In this document: piece after piece, positions 37,232-51,747 of the stretch
Numbering within the stretch: the stretch's first letter is position 1
How the letters are laid out: the number at the start of each line of letters is the position of its first letter
From: Eledone cirrhosa
Taxonomy: Eukaryota
NCBI GenBank assembly: GCA_964016885.1
Contig: OZ024740.1
Coordinates: 104,284,001-104,348,000 of the forward strand
Direction of reading: 5' to 3'
Length of the DNA stretch: 64,000 bases
The notes under the pieces: model-generated
Told to the model about the DNA's origin: nothing
Database searches by the model: none
What the model saw: only the letters and a program-made list of their open reading frames with translations
Made by a program: the position numbers and the translations under genes

Positions 37232-39848
37232 TAACAACCCAACCAGGAACTGGGCATATCGGAGTATTGACGGAGTTAAACACCTCAACAACATGTGTAC
37301 CCGTCTCTACCACACCAATTCGGACTGCCTGAAGAGGTCACAGCCAAAGATGGCTCATCATCATCATCATCACCGTTTTACGTCCGTTCTTCCACGCTAG
37401 CATGGGTTAGACGGGTTGTCCTGTTGTGGGCAGTGTCTGGTCGGCTGACCATGCCTTGCTCATACAGGAACTGATTTAGCTTGATTTCTACAGCTGGATG
37501 CCCTTCCTAACACCAAACTCATTTACAGTGAGTGCTGGGTGCTTTTTCGTGGTGCCTACACGTCCACTTTACAGTGTGGGCTGGGTGCTTTTTTGCTGTG
37601 GCACCTCCACGACCACCTTGCAGTGGGAGGGTGTGGGGGCATATTGTCTATATGCTTCAGCTTGTACCCATAGGAGGTTGGGTACTCTGTATTACTGCGT
37701 GACGCCAGAGGTCATGGTCGTGTGTCATCGCCTTTGAGAGGTGTAGTTGGGTAAGGTCGGCTTTTATCACCTCATCCCAGGTCATCTTGGGTCTCCCCAC
37801 TCCGCGGTTTCCATCGACTTCTAGTGCTCTGCATCTTTTTATGCAGCTGTCATCCTTCATACGCATCACATGTCCATACCAACGCAACCGCCTCTCCTGC
37901 ACACAGCATTTGATTCCTCTTATGCTCAGTTTCTCTCTCAATTCATTTATGCTTTGTCGTTCGCGTATATTACTATTACACATCCATCGGAGCATGCAGG
38001 CTTCGTTTCTCTCTAATCTACGTAAGTCTTCCACCTTCAGCGCCCAGGTCTCACTACCATGTAACATTGCTGTTCGGATACACGCATCATACAGTCTGCC
38101 TTTCATTTTGAGGGAGAAGCCTTTTGCAGCTAGCAGTGGCAGCAGTTCCCTGAACTTCTTCCATCCCGTTCTCACCCTAGTTATTGTACTTTCTGAACAC
38201 CCACCTCTGCTGCTAATTCGGTCACCTAGGTAGCAGAAGCTGTCTACTGTCTCTACAGAGCCCTCCCAGAGATTGGTGGTACTTGTTTCCTGTGGCTGTT
38301 TTCTGCTTGCTGTCCCAGTACAGCTGCTGCATGTGAAACCTACATTCTTAATTAAGCTTCCTGAGATCCCACTACATCTCTTGTGTACCCATTGTTTGCA
38401 TTTGGGGCAGAGAATGGAGTTCCTACCTACACCTTTCCTACATACTAAGCAAGGCCATTTCCCTGAGGGTATCTGGGTTCTGTTTTCTCGTCTACTTACA
38501 AGGACCTTAGTCTTTGTCATGTTGACTTTGAGACCCTTTCTAGTCCCTGCTTCCAAGTTTGGAATTTATTCTTTAGTTCTACCATAGATTCAGCTATAAG
38601 TACGAGGTCATCAGCATACAGGAGTTCCCATGGGCATCCGGTCTTAAACTCCTCCGTTATTGCCTGCAGGACTATGATGAACAGGCAAGGGCTAAGAACA
38701 GAGCCCTGGTGGACACCGACCTGTACGCTAAATTCCTCGCTATACTCATTGCTAATCCTAACTTTGCTGACTGCTCCCCTATACATGGCTTGTACAGATT
38801 TCACAAGCCATTCATCTACTCCTAGTTTTCTAAGAGCCCACCAGATTATAGCACGTGGAACTCTGTCAAAGGCTTTCTCGAGATCGACGAATGCCAGGTA
38901 GAGTGGCTTACTTTTAGCTAGGTACTTTTCCTGTAACTGCCTCACAAGGAAGAGGGCATCAGTGGTGCCTCTTCCTGGTACAAACCCAAATTGCATCTCA
39001 TCTAGTTTCACCCGGTCCTTAATCAACTATGCTATAACTCTTTCTGTTACTTTCATGACCTGGTCCATCAGCTTTATACCTCTATAGTTTCCTCTATCGA
39101 GTGCATCACCTTTACCTTTGTAGCAGTTGACAATGATGCTACTGCGCCAATCCTTTGGTATGACACCTTCTAGTATTACCTGGTTAACAATACGTGTGGT
39201 TATAGTGTGACCTACAGACCCAGATGCCTTCAGCATCTCGGCAGCTATACCCGATGGACCGGTTGCCTTCCCCATCTTCATATCTTTGATTGCCTTACTT
39301 ACTACGCTGCCACTGGCTTGTACTGCTGGCCCCTCTATAGGGTCTACTTGGGGTAGGGTCTCTTCTTCCCATGCATTCTCCTCATTTAGTAATCTATCAT
39401 AATGACTCTTCCATGCATCTTTCTTCTCAGCACTTGTGAGGGCAAGCTCACCTTTATCATTCCGTATACACTTCTCTCCAATGACATCACAATTCTCTCT
39501 GACACTGCCTCGCAATCTTGAACACCTGTTTCTGGTCCTCATGTTGCAAAACATGCTTGAATTTTCTATCCTCTGCTTCCCTCCTAGCTAAGTATACTTG
39601 TCGCCTAGCTTCCCTCTTGGTCTCTATGTAATGTACCCTGCTCCCCCCGTTCTTCCATTCTTTCCATGCCTGTCTCCATGGCTGTCACCGAAATATATAT
39701 AGCAGTAATAAACGAAGCCAAATTTTAAATATTTAACTTATTTATTTTATTTTACATTACTCCAGAGTAACCAAACCAACCTGCGCACTTCATCGAGTGC
39801 TCCAATCTGCATACTGAGGTGTCGGTAAACAACCAACATACACTCAAA

Positions 39849-39852
<4 letters not shown>
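37232..39852 (+). mobile_element. PLE pseudo-LTR-like cassette (37232-37355 plus 39678-39852) whose HHR is split by an RTE insertion
   Basis: Joining at TSD atggct gives actgc CTGAAGA ggtcacagcca aaga tggctgtcacc GAAA tatata TA gcagt aataaa. (TA)n follows at 39853. Confidence 0.8.
37356..39676 (-). mobile_element. RTE subfamily B, 5'-truncated, frameshifted
   Basis: ORFs 39027..39554, 38517..39026 and 37657..38556; (ATC)n tail; TSD atggct. Confidence 0.95.
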
Positions 39853-39917
<65 letters not shown>

Positions 39918-40480
39918 CACACACTCATACACATACATATACACAAATTCATAGAATATTTTGACTGAATAGATATGATTATGAGACACAATAATATGTG
40001 ACTCAATTTGAAATATTTATTCTGCGATCTGTGTAGAATGATATGATTGTCAGAATTGATTATTGAAGAGATTCAACAATTTCTCTTTTTCCCAAAAAAG
40101 GGAGATGTTGTTTAACTCCAAGTTATGTTCTATATAATACAGGAAATAAAGGATCTTGCTTAAGGACATAATGTGCCACTAGTAATCAAACTTTCAATCT
40201 TGCTATTGTAAGCCAAACACTTTAACCCTCTCAAACCTGGTCCCGTGTCTAACTTTACTCTCCACCTGGGGTCTTAAGCAAAAAAAAAATATATAGTTGC
40301 ATACACAGTTCAAGAGTAATGATTGCAGGCAAACTAATGGACAGAGTCAGTCAACACAAAGTGCAGTAAATGTGTCTACCCACCATTCTTCTAGATTTAC
40401 ATAATTTCTACCACCCCTATCAGTATTAGCTGTGCAAAGGCCACTCTGAATTTATTCACCCAAATCGCTACATTCCTCAC

Positions 40481-40593
40481 CACTTCACAAGTTTCATTGT
40501 CTGGATCACTCTCTCTGTCTGTGTAAAGGCAAACTTCTTGAAATTCTTGCTTAGTCTCGTCCATAGAATAAATATCATCAATAATTTGCTCAA
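40481..40593 (-). CDS. Candidate internal host exon, 113 bp (xEQIIDDIYSMDETKQEFQEVCLYTDRESDPDNETCEV)
   Basis: Acceptor cctaactttttacag, donor GTG|gtgagg, open acidic frame, sequence not recognised as a repeat. Confidence 0.5.
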
Positions 40594-40767
40594 CTGTAAA
40601 AAGTTAGGCCTTGCTTGTTTACCAGATGAAGTGTTAGGTTCATCACATGCTTGTTTCATCACTATGGAAAATTTGTTTTTTTTTAAATTAAAACTATAGG
40701 GGACACCATTAACAATGAGTCATAAACATATGTAGCTACAAAACTGCAATGTGATCAGTTATCTTTA

Positions 40768-41069
40768 CAGATGTCTCCCTGGTATTCATGATGGTTATGT
40801 CCCTAGTGCACCTGCAAAGAGTGAAAAACCGCAAATATTGGACATGATCCATAAAAATGCCTATAAACATCAAAACATAACATAAAATATAGGCCGGCAA
40901 ATACGATATATTGTTATTAATAATTTAGCATTAAAAAGCATGTAAAAATATATATTGCCACGAAAAACGCCATAAAACAATCGCAGAAGATATTTACAAT
41001 TCCGGACAATTATTAGTTAGGCTCTGAGGAAAATTCCATGAATAACTAGCGAATGCTAGGAGTACACTG
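40768..41069. mobile_element. Tigger/pogo-like MITE with TA TSD
   Basis: ta|cagatgtctccctggtattc ... gaatgctaggagtacactg|ta. Confidence 0.55.
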
Positions 41070-41994
41070 TATTTAGTATTTATCTTCTTTTTCTACATGT
41101 ATTGTGCATTACACTTTTAACAGCACACTGGTAGAGATTACATTTAGCCTATTACTAGTATAGCAGGAACATGGTGCAACAGGGTTAACCAGTAAGTGAC
41201 AAGACATCACACACATATGTCTGTGAGTGTGTGTGTATGTGTGTGTGTGTATGTGTATGTGTGTATTATATGTGTGTGTGTGTGTGTGTGTGCTTTTGTC
41301 TCATGATTTCATCCTCATCATTTACATCTCTATTTTTCCAGATCCTTTCCAAAATTATTTGCCTATTTTGCATTCTTTCTTTTTTCATATCAGTGAGGTT
41401 CAACATTCTAAGATCAGCTTTCACATTTTCTGCCCACATCATCCTTAGTCTTCCTTTTCCATGGTTTCCTTCCACTTACAACTTCTGACATTTCTTCCCC
41501 TATTTGTCATCACCTACATGCATTACATGTCCATACCAGCATATTCATCTGTTTTGCCCACATCTGATTCCTCTTATACTAAGGTTTTCTCTCAACTCAT
41601 CAGTGTTTCATTGTTCATGCAAACTAACATTACAAGACCAGTGGATGCTTGCTTCATTTCTTTCTAGCCTTTAGACATCCTTTACATTCAATACTCATGT
41701 TTTACTACCATGCAACACTGCACCATGTACTATCTACCTTATGGCCAACAGAGATATTTCCCTAAAGGTTTTCCACCCTTTTTTTATTCTAGCAACTACA
41801 CTTTCAGAGCAACCTCCTCCACTGTTAATTAGATCATCTAAGTAACAGAAGCTATCAACTACTTCTAGCAGGTCGAGAAACAATTCTTATTGGCTTATAT
41901 TTGTTTGATCATATTGTTAGTGTTAGGATCTCTCTGTCTATCTTTATATATATCTGTATCTCTTCTCTCTCTCTCACTCTCTCTCTCTCTCTTT

Positions 41995-42055
<61 letters not shown>

Positions 42056-42360
42056 TATCTGTATTTATTTCTCACCCACCACCACCTCCACCACCAACAC
42101 CATTGAAAGCTAATGCAAACAATTGATTATGTAAATGGGTTTTAAGCTAAATTTTCGTGATTAATAACTAACTTCTCCCTCAGGAACTCTTCATTATTGC
42201 TATTGAACAACATCAAGTATATTAATGACGCCCCCCCCCCCCTCACACATGTACACATACAATCACTCACTTTCTTTTTCACACCCTCACTCCCTCTTTC
42301 TCCCCCTCACTCTTTCTCCCCCCCCCTCTCTCTCTTTCTCACCCTCAGTCTCTCTCACCC

Positions 42361-42407
<47 letters not shown>

Positions 42408-42928
42408 CTCTCTCCTAAATGATCTATCTGTATTCCAAACAGCTTCTTGTCTGCTAATGTTTTAAACGTTCCTTATGTCAATATTGTTATTGTTATTGTC
42501 AGAATTGTTATTGTTTTTACTGTTGTTGTTGTTATGGTGGTGGTATTGTTGTTAGTGGTCATTATGTTGGTCTTTGCTGTTGTTTAGTCGCTTGGTCGGA
42601 CCTGATCCAGCAGATCTATCATTAAAGATGTCTAATGTGTAATGTTGATGATGATGATAATGATGATGATAAACCCTCCATCAGTTTCATCAATAAGCAT
42701 TCAGCTATTCAATTTACTGGGGCACACACTTGTTAACAGGTAACAGAAGCTATCTAGGTAACAGAAGCTATCAACTACTCTTAACAGGTCAAGCAACCAT
42801 TCAGAGGCTCCTCCATTGGCTTATATTTGTTTAAAAGCATTATTGTTAGTGTTAGTATCTGACTGCTTGTCTATTTATCTATTTGTATGTCTCCTACCTA
42901 TCTATTTGTCCCTCACTCTCCCTCTCTC

Positions 42929-42979
<51 letters not shown>

Positions 42980-43012
42980 CTCTCTCTCCCTCTCTCTCTC
43001 TCTCTCACTCAC

Positions 43013-43082
<70 letters not shown>

Positions 43083-43901
43083 AGGGCGGTGCCCCAGCAT
43101 GGCCTCAGCCGGATGGCTGAAACAGGTAAAAGAGTATATATATATAACCGACCTTAAAAAACTAAATCTTACAGCAGAAATGATTAAAGACCACAAGGGC
43201 TAGTGCTATACAGTGCTGAAGATGACCCGACCTGCAGCATACAATGTCATCTGACTTACCCCTATGCCCCCCACCCTGTTTCCACTAGTACTCCCCAACA
43301 ATTCTCCTCAACATCACTACTTCAACCCCATTGTGTATGCCTCCAATTCCTAGCAGCTCCACCCACTCTTGTGAAGTGGTTGGTAATAGAAAAGGCATTC
43401 AGCCATTGAGAGCTAAAGAAACATAAGGTTGGGAGGATCCTTCAGTCATGTCAAGGACATGACAGTTTCCCTAGTGTAGGTGATCTACACAATAAACACA
43501 CTCAGTACATGCTGTGAAGTGATTGGTGATAGGAAGGGTATCCAGCCATAGAAATCTTACCCAACAAAAGGGTCAGGAGGACCTTCAGTTGTGTCAAAGA
43601 TAGAGCAACCTTTCCTGTGCACCCAGTGGAGTGTCGACCATATATATAAAGTGAAACACAGATCCCTGGCCATGCCTGAGAGATCAGTGGCTCTGCTTCA
43701 ATACTGATTTGGTCCATGTAGACCCATCCAATCCTTGCTAGCAGGGAAAGTGGGTGTTAAACTGATGATGATGATATATATTTATCTGTCTCTCTATCTA
43801 TCTCCCCCCTCTCCCTCTACCCTCTCTTTTCCTCTTTTGCTTCCTTCTCTTTCCCTCCCTCTCTATCTCCCCCCTCTCTCCCCCTCACTCTCTATCTCTC
43901 T

Positions 43902-44902
43902 CGCCTGGGCGACTGGGCGCCTGGCACACTGAGTGTGCCCAGGCGCTCACCGCCCTCTGGCAGGCGGATCCGGTTATCAGTGGAGACTCCACCGCAACAT
44001 TCTATAGAGGGCTGGTACGCAGCAGGTGCGACGACGCCCTCGGAGAAGCCCTAGACATGGAGGAGGACGAACTGGCCAGCCTGTTCGGTAGGACATTCAG
44101 CCCGGGACCTATGGACAACTTCCAGAAGTCCCTGGCCTGGCAGTGCTACCGAGGGGCTTTACCCGTTCGAGAAAGGCTCTACAGACACGGGCGCCCGGGT
44201 AGGGACCCCGCCAAAAAGATCTGTCCCAGATGCGTGTGCGACGAGGAAACCGTTGCACACGCATTGGTACACTGCTCGGGCGTAGCCGATCTGTGGGGCT
44301 ATGTCGAACAACTGCTGTCAAGGGTGGGACCGATCCGGTTGACCACCGAGTCTATTGTAATGATCAAGCCGCCTCCCCCCTTCAAAGATGAAGCAGAGGC
44401 GGTGTTTCTGTGCGTAATAGCCATGGCGAAAGAGGTTGTATGGTGGACGCGTCTGAAAGGACTGAGGTCAGGCACCTTTCTCTCTGGCCAACAACTGGTC
44501 CGTTTCTTCCGATTTCATTTCGGAAGAAGGATCAGGATGGAGAGAGAGGTGCTGCACCCCAGTCGTTTTTATGAAAGGTGGGTGAAAGTGGCGAGAATGG
44601 CCCGTGTGAATGGGCCTTCTCTTTACATAAGCCTGTAGGTGGAAAAGAGGAAGGAACGAGGGAGCACCCCCTCTCTGTGCTCCTGAGGAAAAGGGTTGCA
44701 CACTTTTTTCGGGGGTGTGTGCGACCCCCCAAGGCGCCTCCTCTCTATTGAGGATTTTGTTAAAAATTTTATTTTTTGTTATATCTTATTTTATTTTTAT
44801 ATTTTGTTATTGCCTCCTCCTTATTGAGGACGCCTTTTTGTGTAAACTCCCCCCTTTGTACTTGTCCCACTTTTGATGCCCTAGTGGCAAATAAAAGAAA
44901 CT
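43902..44902 (+). mobile_element. 5'-truncated L1/Tx1-clade LINE 3' end at a (TC)n tract
   Basis: ORF 44057..44638 has AWQCYRGALPV..CPRC..ETVAHALVHC (zf-RVT CCHC knuckle). GC-rich, with a T-rich 3'UTR and AATAAA at about 44890. Confidence 0.8.
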
Positions 44903-45824
44903 TATCTGTATCTAACACAAGTTGGATTGCTATGAGACGGAAACAAGGATTTCATGATTGTGAAGTAAACTTCTTAACCACTCGACCATGCTACATTCAC
45001 TAGTGTATGGTACCTACTTACAGCCGAGTGAACTGTGCTGTTAACAGTTTAGTGTTTTGTCTATGGATACAGTATTATGAACCACCTGTCGTACCTACCT
45101 ACAGCTAGGTACTGAACTGTGTTGACAGTTGCGTGTCTTGGTCGCAGAAACAATGCAATAAATTATCAATGCAGTATATTCCATACTTGGGAGTTAAGCC
45201 AAAAAATGTATTTATTATATTATGCCAAGTGTTCTACATATATCATTTGCAATTGTCCTCTTCTTTTTTGCTTTTTGTGGCTTTCTTAACTGTTTCACTA
45301 CCATATTTCTAATGAAAGATTCTGCCTATGACTTTTGAAAACAATCAAGGATTTTAAGGCATATTGTAACATAACTAATTTTCTCATTATTAACTTGGTG
45401 TTTGGAGTGCAACTTAAAAGTTCTTACATAAAATTATGATAGAGGGTTTTTAGATAAATACAACATGGGAAAATGGACGTTAAATGAGGATGGTGATGAT
45501 GATAATGATAAATACTTTAAAAGAAATAGATTTCTATCATAGAACCAAGGACAGTTTCAGACAGTTTGGTCGCAAGAGTTAAACTTGAAATTGTTATATA
45601 CCACATTTTGATTAGCAGTAAGGGCCTACAAAACTTATATAAGTGGAGGTGGAGGAGAGTATTAATGTGGGGGATCAGGGAAATGAAATGCATATGTTCT
45701 ACCTTCAGCCCTTAAAACAAATGAAAAAGGCAAAAGAAAAGATAAAAATCATATGATTTAACATGGATACTTATTGTTATATATCAATTTATATGGTAAA
45801 CATTTGGTCTAAAGTCTGTCTTGA

Positions 45825-46050
45825 GACCGGAGGCGCATCAGGCCAGTGTTTATCCTGGCTTTAGTAGCATGAAGTGACTGAGAGTAGAAGACTTCTCCTG
45901 GGACAGGTTGCAAGTCCCTCGCAGAGTTAAACACCCAAGTACCGCTGGTACTCATTTTCAGCTGAGTATACTGGAGCAATGTGAAATGAAGTGTTTTGCT
46001 CAAAATCACAGCACACAACCCACTCCAGGAATCATACCCACGACATTATG
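45825..46050 (-). mobile_element. Old SINE with Nin/CORE-like central domain
   Basis: tttatcctggcttt.gtagcatgaagtgact..gagta...ctggtactcattt.cagctgagt..actggagcaatgtg. Confidence 0.6.
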
Positions 46051-46839
46051 ATCATAATGGAAGCAGATATTTCTGATAGATAGAGCCAGAATATAAAATT
46101 AATTACAAAAGAAGAAGGTCTGAGTTTTACATATATCATGATGATAATGGGTCCTCTGTTAACACTGAGTTTTCAGTTGTTTGATCAACTGAACAGCTAG
46201 TTAGATCCTCAATTGATATTTAAATGATTCAGAATTCCACAGGCCCTTACTGTAATTTCCAAGCCAATTCTGCATGAACAATAGGCGACAAAGCTGTACT
46301 TTTAGATTACAGATTCCATCTATCCAATGGACTTTTACACAATTCCCATTGACCAAACTCCACAGACAAGACTTAAGTCAATACCAACCTATAGAGACGG
46401 TACAATTTTCATCAACTCTACTGACAAGAATTGGGTTAATGCAAGCCTATAGAAAAGGCACAATTTCCATCAACTCATCTCTACTGACAAGGCTTAGGTT
46501 AATGTCAGCCTGTGGAAAAGACACTTGCCTAAGATGACACCCAATAGGATCACACCTTATCATTATGAAGCAAACTTATTAACAACTCATCTAAGTCTAT
46601 GCAGATGGTAAAATTGGGAGAGTATTGGACAAAATACCTTGTAATTGATTATGTCCTTTTATATTGTCCTTTTATACAGAAATCCAAATCTTCTCTGGGA
46701 CCATCAGGTTTTTTATACTTGGGGGCCGGGGTTGATAAAATAAATATCATTCAAATACTGGGTTCGATGTAATTGGCTGTACATTAGAAGGTATGACCAC
46801 AGTCCAATGACTGACAACAGTAAAATTATAAAAGAATTT

Positions 46840-47069
46840 ACCATATCTACTTGAATATAAGTCAATACAAATATAAACCGACCCCACGATTTTAAATCTG
46901 AGAAATGGGCAAAAATCCAAACCTTATTTATGTAGAATTTGAAGGTGGTGAAAATCATGAAAATATTGACCCCCCACCCCACCCCCCGCCTCCGAATATA
47001 AGCCGACCCCTTTCTACCATCAATTTTTTGGTCACATATTCCTCAGCTTATATTCAAGTATATGCAGTA
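46840..47069. mobile_element. pogo/Tigger-like MITE (partial copy at about 51560-51726)
   Basis: TIR-like taccatatctacttgaatataag / cttatattcaagtatatgcagta. Confidence 0.65.
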
Positions 47070-47879
47070 GATACATGTATAACTAAGACAATATTGTATA
47101 ATGAGTTCACATAAATTTATACTCTTGAGTAGCTGTAACCTTAATAATTTGAGAATAATAGTTCCATTATTGATGTTTTAACTGAACTCTTGGATAAATT
47201 CTATTGGCTTTTATTTGAGAATTATTTTATAATTCAGTTCCAGTATTTAATGGAATTTAGAGTAATGGACTTGATAGTGTATCATGAAAGTTTAACTCTA
47301 GGGAGAAATAAACTACATTTTAAGTAACAAGATCAGGTGACTATTTTTGTTTGTTTTTTGTTGTTGTTTATTTGTTTTTTTTATGTTGTAAAATAATATT
47401 GAAAGCTTTTAGGAAGTGAAATTTGAAGAAACCATCAAAAATAAGTAAGTGTTGTGAACTGTTTCCTTCTTTGTCTATCTGATATATTCTTTATAAAGGT
47501 GATAAATATTATCATGGGAATTAATAATTGTTTCTACTTTAGGCACAAGGCCAGCAATTACCCAGTGCATTACTGGTACTTTATTTTATCGACCCCGTAA
47601 GGATGAAAGGCAAAGTCAACCTCGGCGGGATTTGAACTCAGATTGTAAAGGGACATAACGATGCTGGAAAGCATGGTGTCCGACCCTCTACCGATACTGC
47701 CAATCCACCGCCCTCATGCGAATTAATAATAATAATAATAATAATGGTTTCTAATTTAGACACAAGGCCATCAATTTAAAGGGAGGGAGAAAGTCGATTG
47801 CAGCAACACCAGTAACTGACTGGTACTTTATTTTATCAACCTCTAAAAGGATAATAATAATTTCCCCAGTAATATCTAA

Positions 47880-49520
47880 TTTCCTGATATATAACATGTC
47901 TATACGGAATACAAACCTATCATTGCCACACAGTATTAACTGTGGTATTTTTCAAGGCAATTCGTTTTCTCCTCTGATATTTTGCATTGCACTTACACCG
48001 TTGTCTTTAGGGCTCAACAAAACAAAATATGGCTACAAAATAGAGCAAAACCATAAATCACCTGTTTTATATGGATGACTTGAAACTATAAGCCAAAAAT
48101 GACAGTGAATTGGAAGGACTGTTGAAGACAGTTAAGGTGTTCAGCGATGTTGTGGGGGTGGAGTTTGGACAGGAAAAATGCGCCAAAGCAACATTCAAGA
48201 AAGGCAGAATGACAAGCACAAACTCCATGGAAATAGATGTGAATACAGTAATTAGGGAACTAAAACAGGAACAAACTTACAGATATCTAGGGATCAATGA
48301 AGACCAAGGTATTTACCATGGCAGTATAAAAGAGAGAATCAGAAAGGAATGCTTCCAGAGAGAACGTGCTGTCATGAAAACAGAGCTTGACTCAAGAAAT
48401 GAATTATTTGCCATGAACACACTTGCAATCACTGTTGTCACCTACAGTTTCAGTCTCATAAATTGGGATATTAACAAAATTAAGAGAATAGATACCAAAA
48501 TCAGGAAACTTTTGACCTGTAATAGAATACATCACCCAAAAGCAGATGTGATTCGCCTCTATCTCCCAAGACAAAATGGATGTAGAGGGATTATCTAGCT
48601 AGAGCTTTCATACAGGATATTGATCATTGGACTCAATCAGTACCTTAAAACCACAGATGACTGGATGATGAAAATGGTTGCAGTTCACAAAGTGAAGAAG
48701 AGGTTACATTCAGCCACAAAGGAAAGTAAGAAGTTTGTAGAAGAACTGGGAATACAGTTTGAAAATAATTGTTTCTACTTTTGGCACAAGGCCAGCAATT
48801 ACCCAGTGCATTACTGGTACTTTATTTTATCGACCCCGTAAGGATAAAAGGCAAAGTTAACCTCGGCAGGATTTGAACTCAGATCATAAAGGGCCATAAC
48901 TCTATGTTGCAAAGCATGGTGTCCGACTCTCTACCGATACTGCCAATCCGATTCTGCAATCAAAGCCGTAAAGAATATCAAAGTGTTGGCAAAATATGAA
49001 GGCCAACAGATTTTGTGCACTAATTGGGAGCAAAAACCACTGCATGGGCTGTATGTTCTTTGTAGCAAAAAACCTGATATCGGTCGAGCACTCACCCATC
49101 AGTGGCTGCAAAGTTCTGGGCTTAAGGTAGAGAGTGAGAGCTTCATTTTAGCTGAACAAAACCAATGTCTCACAACGCACAACTTTCAAGCCAATGTGAT
49201 CAGTAATGTAATTGACCAAAAGTGTTGATTCTGTGATGACCATGTTGAAACCATTGACCACTTTGTTTCAGGTTTCCCAGGAATATAAAACGAGGCATGA
49301 TAGAGTGTGACAATACTTACACTGGGTAATGTGCAGGTTTTATGGTTTAATGGGAAAATGGTACAACCATCACCCAGATGCAGTAACAGTAGTTGAGAAC
49401 GTAACAATCCTAAGGGATTTCCCTGTGAATATTGACAGAACAATCAAGGCAAACAGACCTGATATAATTGTGAAGGACCATAAAGAGGAAAGATGTTTCT
49501 TAATTGACATGAGCATTCCA
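47880..49520 (+). pseudogene. R4/Dong-clade non-LTR retrotransposon relic (RT, CCHC, RLE), interrupted by a SINE; second relic at about 49890-50810
   Basis: GIFQGNSFSPLIF, YMDDLK, GVEFGQEKCAK, YRYLGI, HHPKADVIRLYLPR, RHD, NRPDIIVKD..CFLIDMSIP. (TAA)n upstream. Confidence 0.85.
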
Positions 49521-51102
49521 TTACTGGTGCTTTATTTTATCAACCCTGTAAGGATGAAAGGCAAAGGTTTCTGATTCGTCCTATCACTTGTTTCCCCATC
49601 ATCATCATTCCCTCATTATACAAAAAAGTAAAAATCTGGAGAGATTTGAACCCTTGCTTTCTATTTCATACATTTGTGTATTCAAATTATTTAATTTGTT
49701 TTGTTTTATTTATGATTTTTTCTATTAAAAAGCAATAAAATCCATCATTTGATATAATTTAGTTATAATATAATATAGTTATATGACAAAATATGAAAAG
49801 ACAAAATGAATTAGAGATGCAGTTAAATTTCATGAAAAAATATTAAATAAATTGAAGATCTTGCTATGGACCTTTTAAGGATAAGACTCAATGATGAAAT
49901 AGATAAAAATAACAATGAAAAATTCAAACTTGGCCATCACATATTTATGAAAACAGACACAAATAACAAGGTTAAATGAAATAATATATGCAACCACCAC
50001 AGTAGTTACAAAAGAAAGTGGGTATTCTTGCAGATATACTCATATAGAAACACCAGAACCCAAGCAAATAGCATGGAAAACAAGAATACTGAGAGAAATA
50101 GAAAACCAAAACAATTTAATTCCAGAAGAGCAGAAATGGATGCTTCAAAAGCTCACATGACTGTAAAGATCAATTACTGATCAACAAAACTATTACCAAA
50201 AACAGTATAAGGAAGATTCAGGGTTTAAGTATAGAAGGGATTGATTTCCAGAAAGCTTTTAAGAGAGTTCCCCACACATGGATCCTGGAAACATTAGCCA
50301 TGAGTAAGGTAACACCAACAATTAATAGTTATATAGAATATGTCATGAGTAAATGGCAAACAATTCTGCTTATACAGACAAAAGAGAGATAAAAATAAGC
50401 CTATCTCTACGAGATGAGTATTCCAAGAGGACTTCATTCCAGTCCTTTACTACATGTCACTAATACCTTTAATCAACATGTTAAACCAGACTGGACTTGG
50501 ATACAAATACTATGGGAGGACAAACAAACAAACATATTTTGTATATAGCTGACCTCAAGTTATTCACTGCATATGATAAACAGATAGAAACATTGCCACT
50601 GATAGTACATGGATTTACTAGAGTAACTGATATGATGTTCGAATTAGAAAATGTGCCCAAGCAAACTTGAAGAGAGAAAAAATTTAATTAAGAACTCTCA
50701 TGTCATGTTAGAAAAAAGAAACAAAGATACAAGAATTAGATCAAACACAGACTTACAAATACTTCGGAACAAGTTAACTAGACAAAATACAAAACACGCA
50801 AATGAAAAATGTTAGAAAATAGAAAAAAGTAAAAAATATATATTTAATTAAAATAGATAGAAAAGAAAAATAGAAAAAAATAACAAAAATAAGTAAATTG
50901 AAATTAAAAAGATTAAAATGCAATTAAAAATGTTTTTGGGATTTGGGTAAAGACTGAAAGAATAGTCACAAATACAGTTGCAAATACAAGCTGAAATGGG
51001 ATTCCTCCAAAGGGTCTTGGGAGTAACGTTACTTGACAGAGTGCATAGCTCAGAGATCAGAGAGTCATTCCAAGTAGAGCTGCTACTTCTCTGAATTTAG
51101 AG

Positions 51103-51162
51103 CACCGGTCGCCAACCTTTCGGACCACCAGTAGTTTGTGGACCACTGGTTGGCAACTGCTG
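51103..51162. mobile_element. 60-bp hAT micro-MITE
   Basis: TIRs caccggtcgccaacc / ggttggcaactgctg; TSD atttagag / gtttagag. Confidence 0.7.
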
Positions 51163-51747
51163 GTTTAGAGCATAGTTTTTGTTTCACAATTCCAATACAT
51201 AATGAGTTTCCATTATGTTAAGTTTCAACAAGTTTCTTGAATGTTTGTTTACTTCTGATCACTCACGTGCTAGGAGTAGTTGAAAGCAAAACATTGAATA
51301 AGAGAACTTTGTATAAGGATTCATGAGAGAGAGGAGAAGCAGAGCAAGAAAAAGAGAGTGTGCATGAGAAGGGAGAGAGAGCAATAAAATAAGATCAGAA
51401 GTAAGATTGAAAGAAAAAAATATTGTCAGAGAAAAACATGTATTTGTGTGTGCACATGTGCATGTGTGTATGTGCATGTGTGTGTGAGAATGTATGTGCA
51501 TGGGATATATGTATTAAAAAGTTCAAATTATAAAAAATTGTAGTAAATGTAGTAAAACTGCTTCATTGTAAAATAATCACCCCAGATATTTTAGCACCTT
51601 ATTTACATACAATTTGAAGTTGGTGAAAATTGTCAAAATATTGACCCCCAATATAAGCTAATCCCCGTTTTTACCATTGATTTTGTAGTCACATATTCCT
51701 TATCTTATATTTGAGCATATACAGTAAATCTAAAAATATGAAAAATA

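Noticed and set aside
41890-43203. SL/LS-rich ORFs
   Set aside because: Translations of (TC)n microsatellites.
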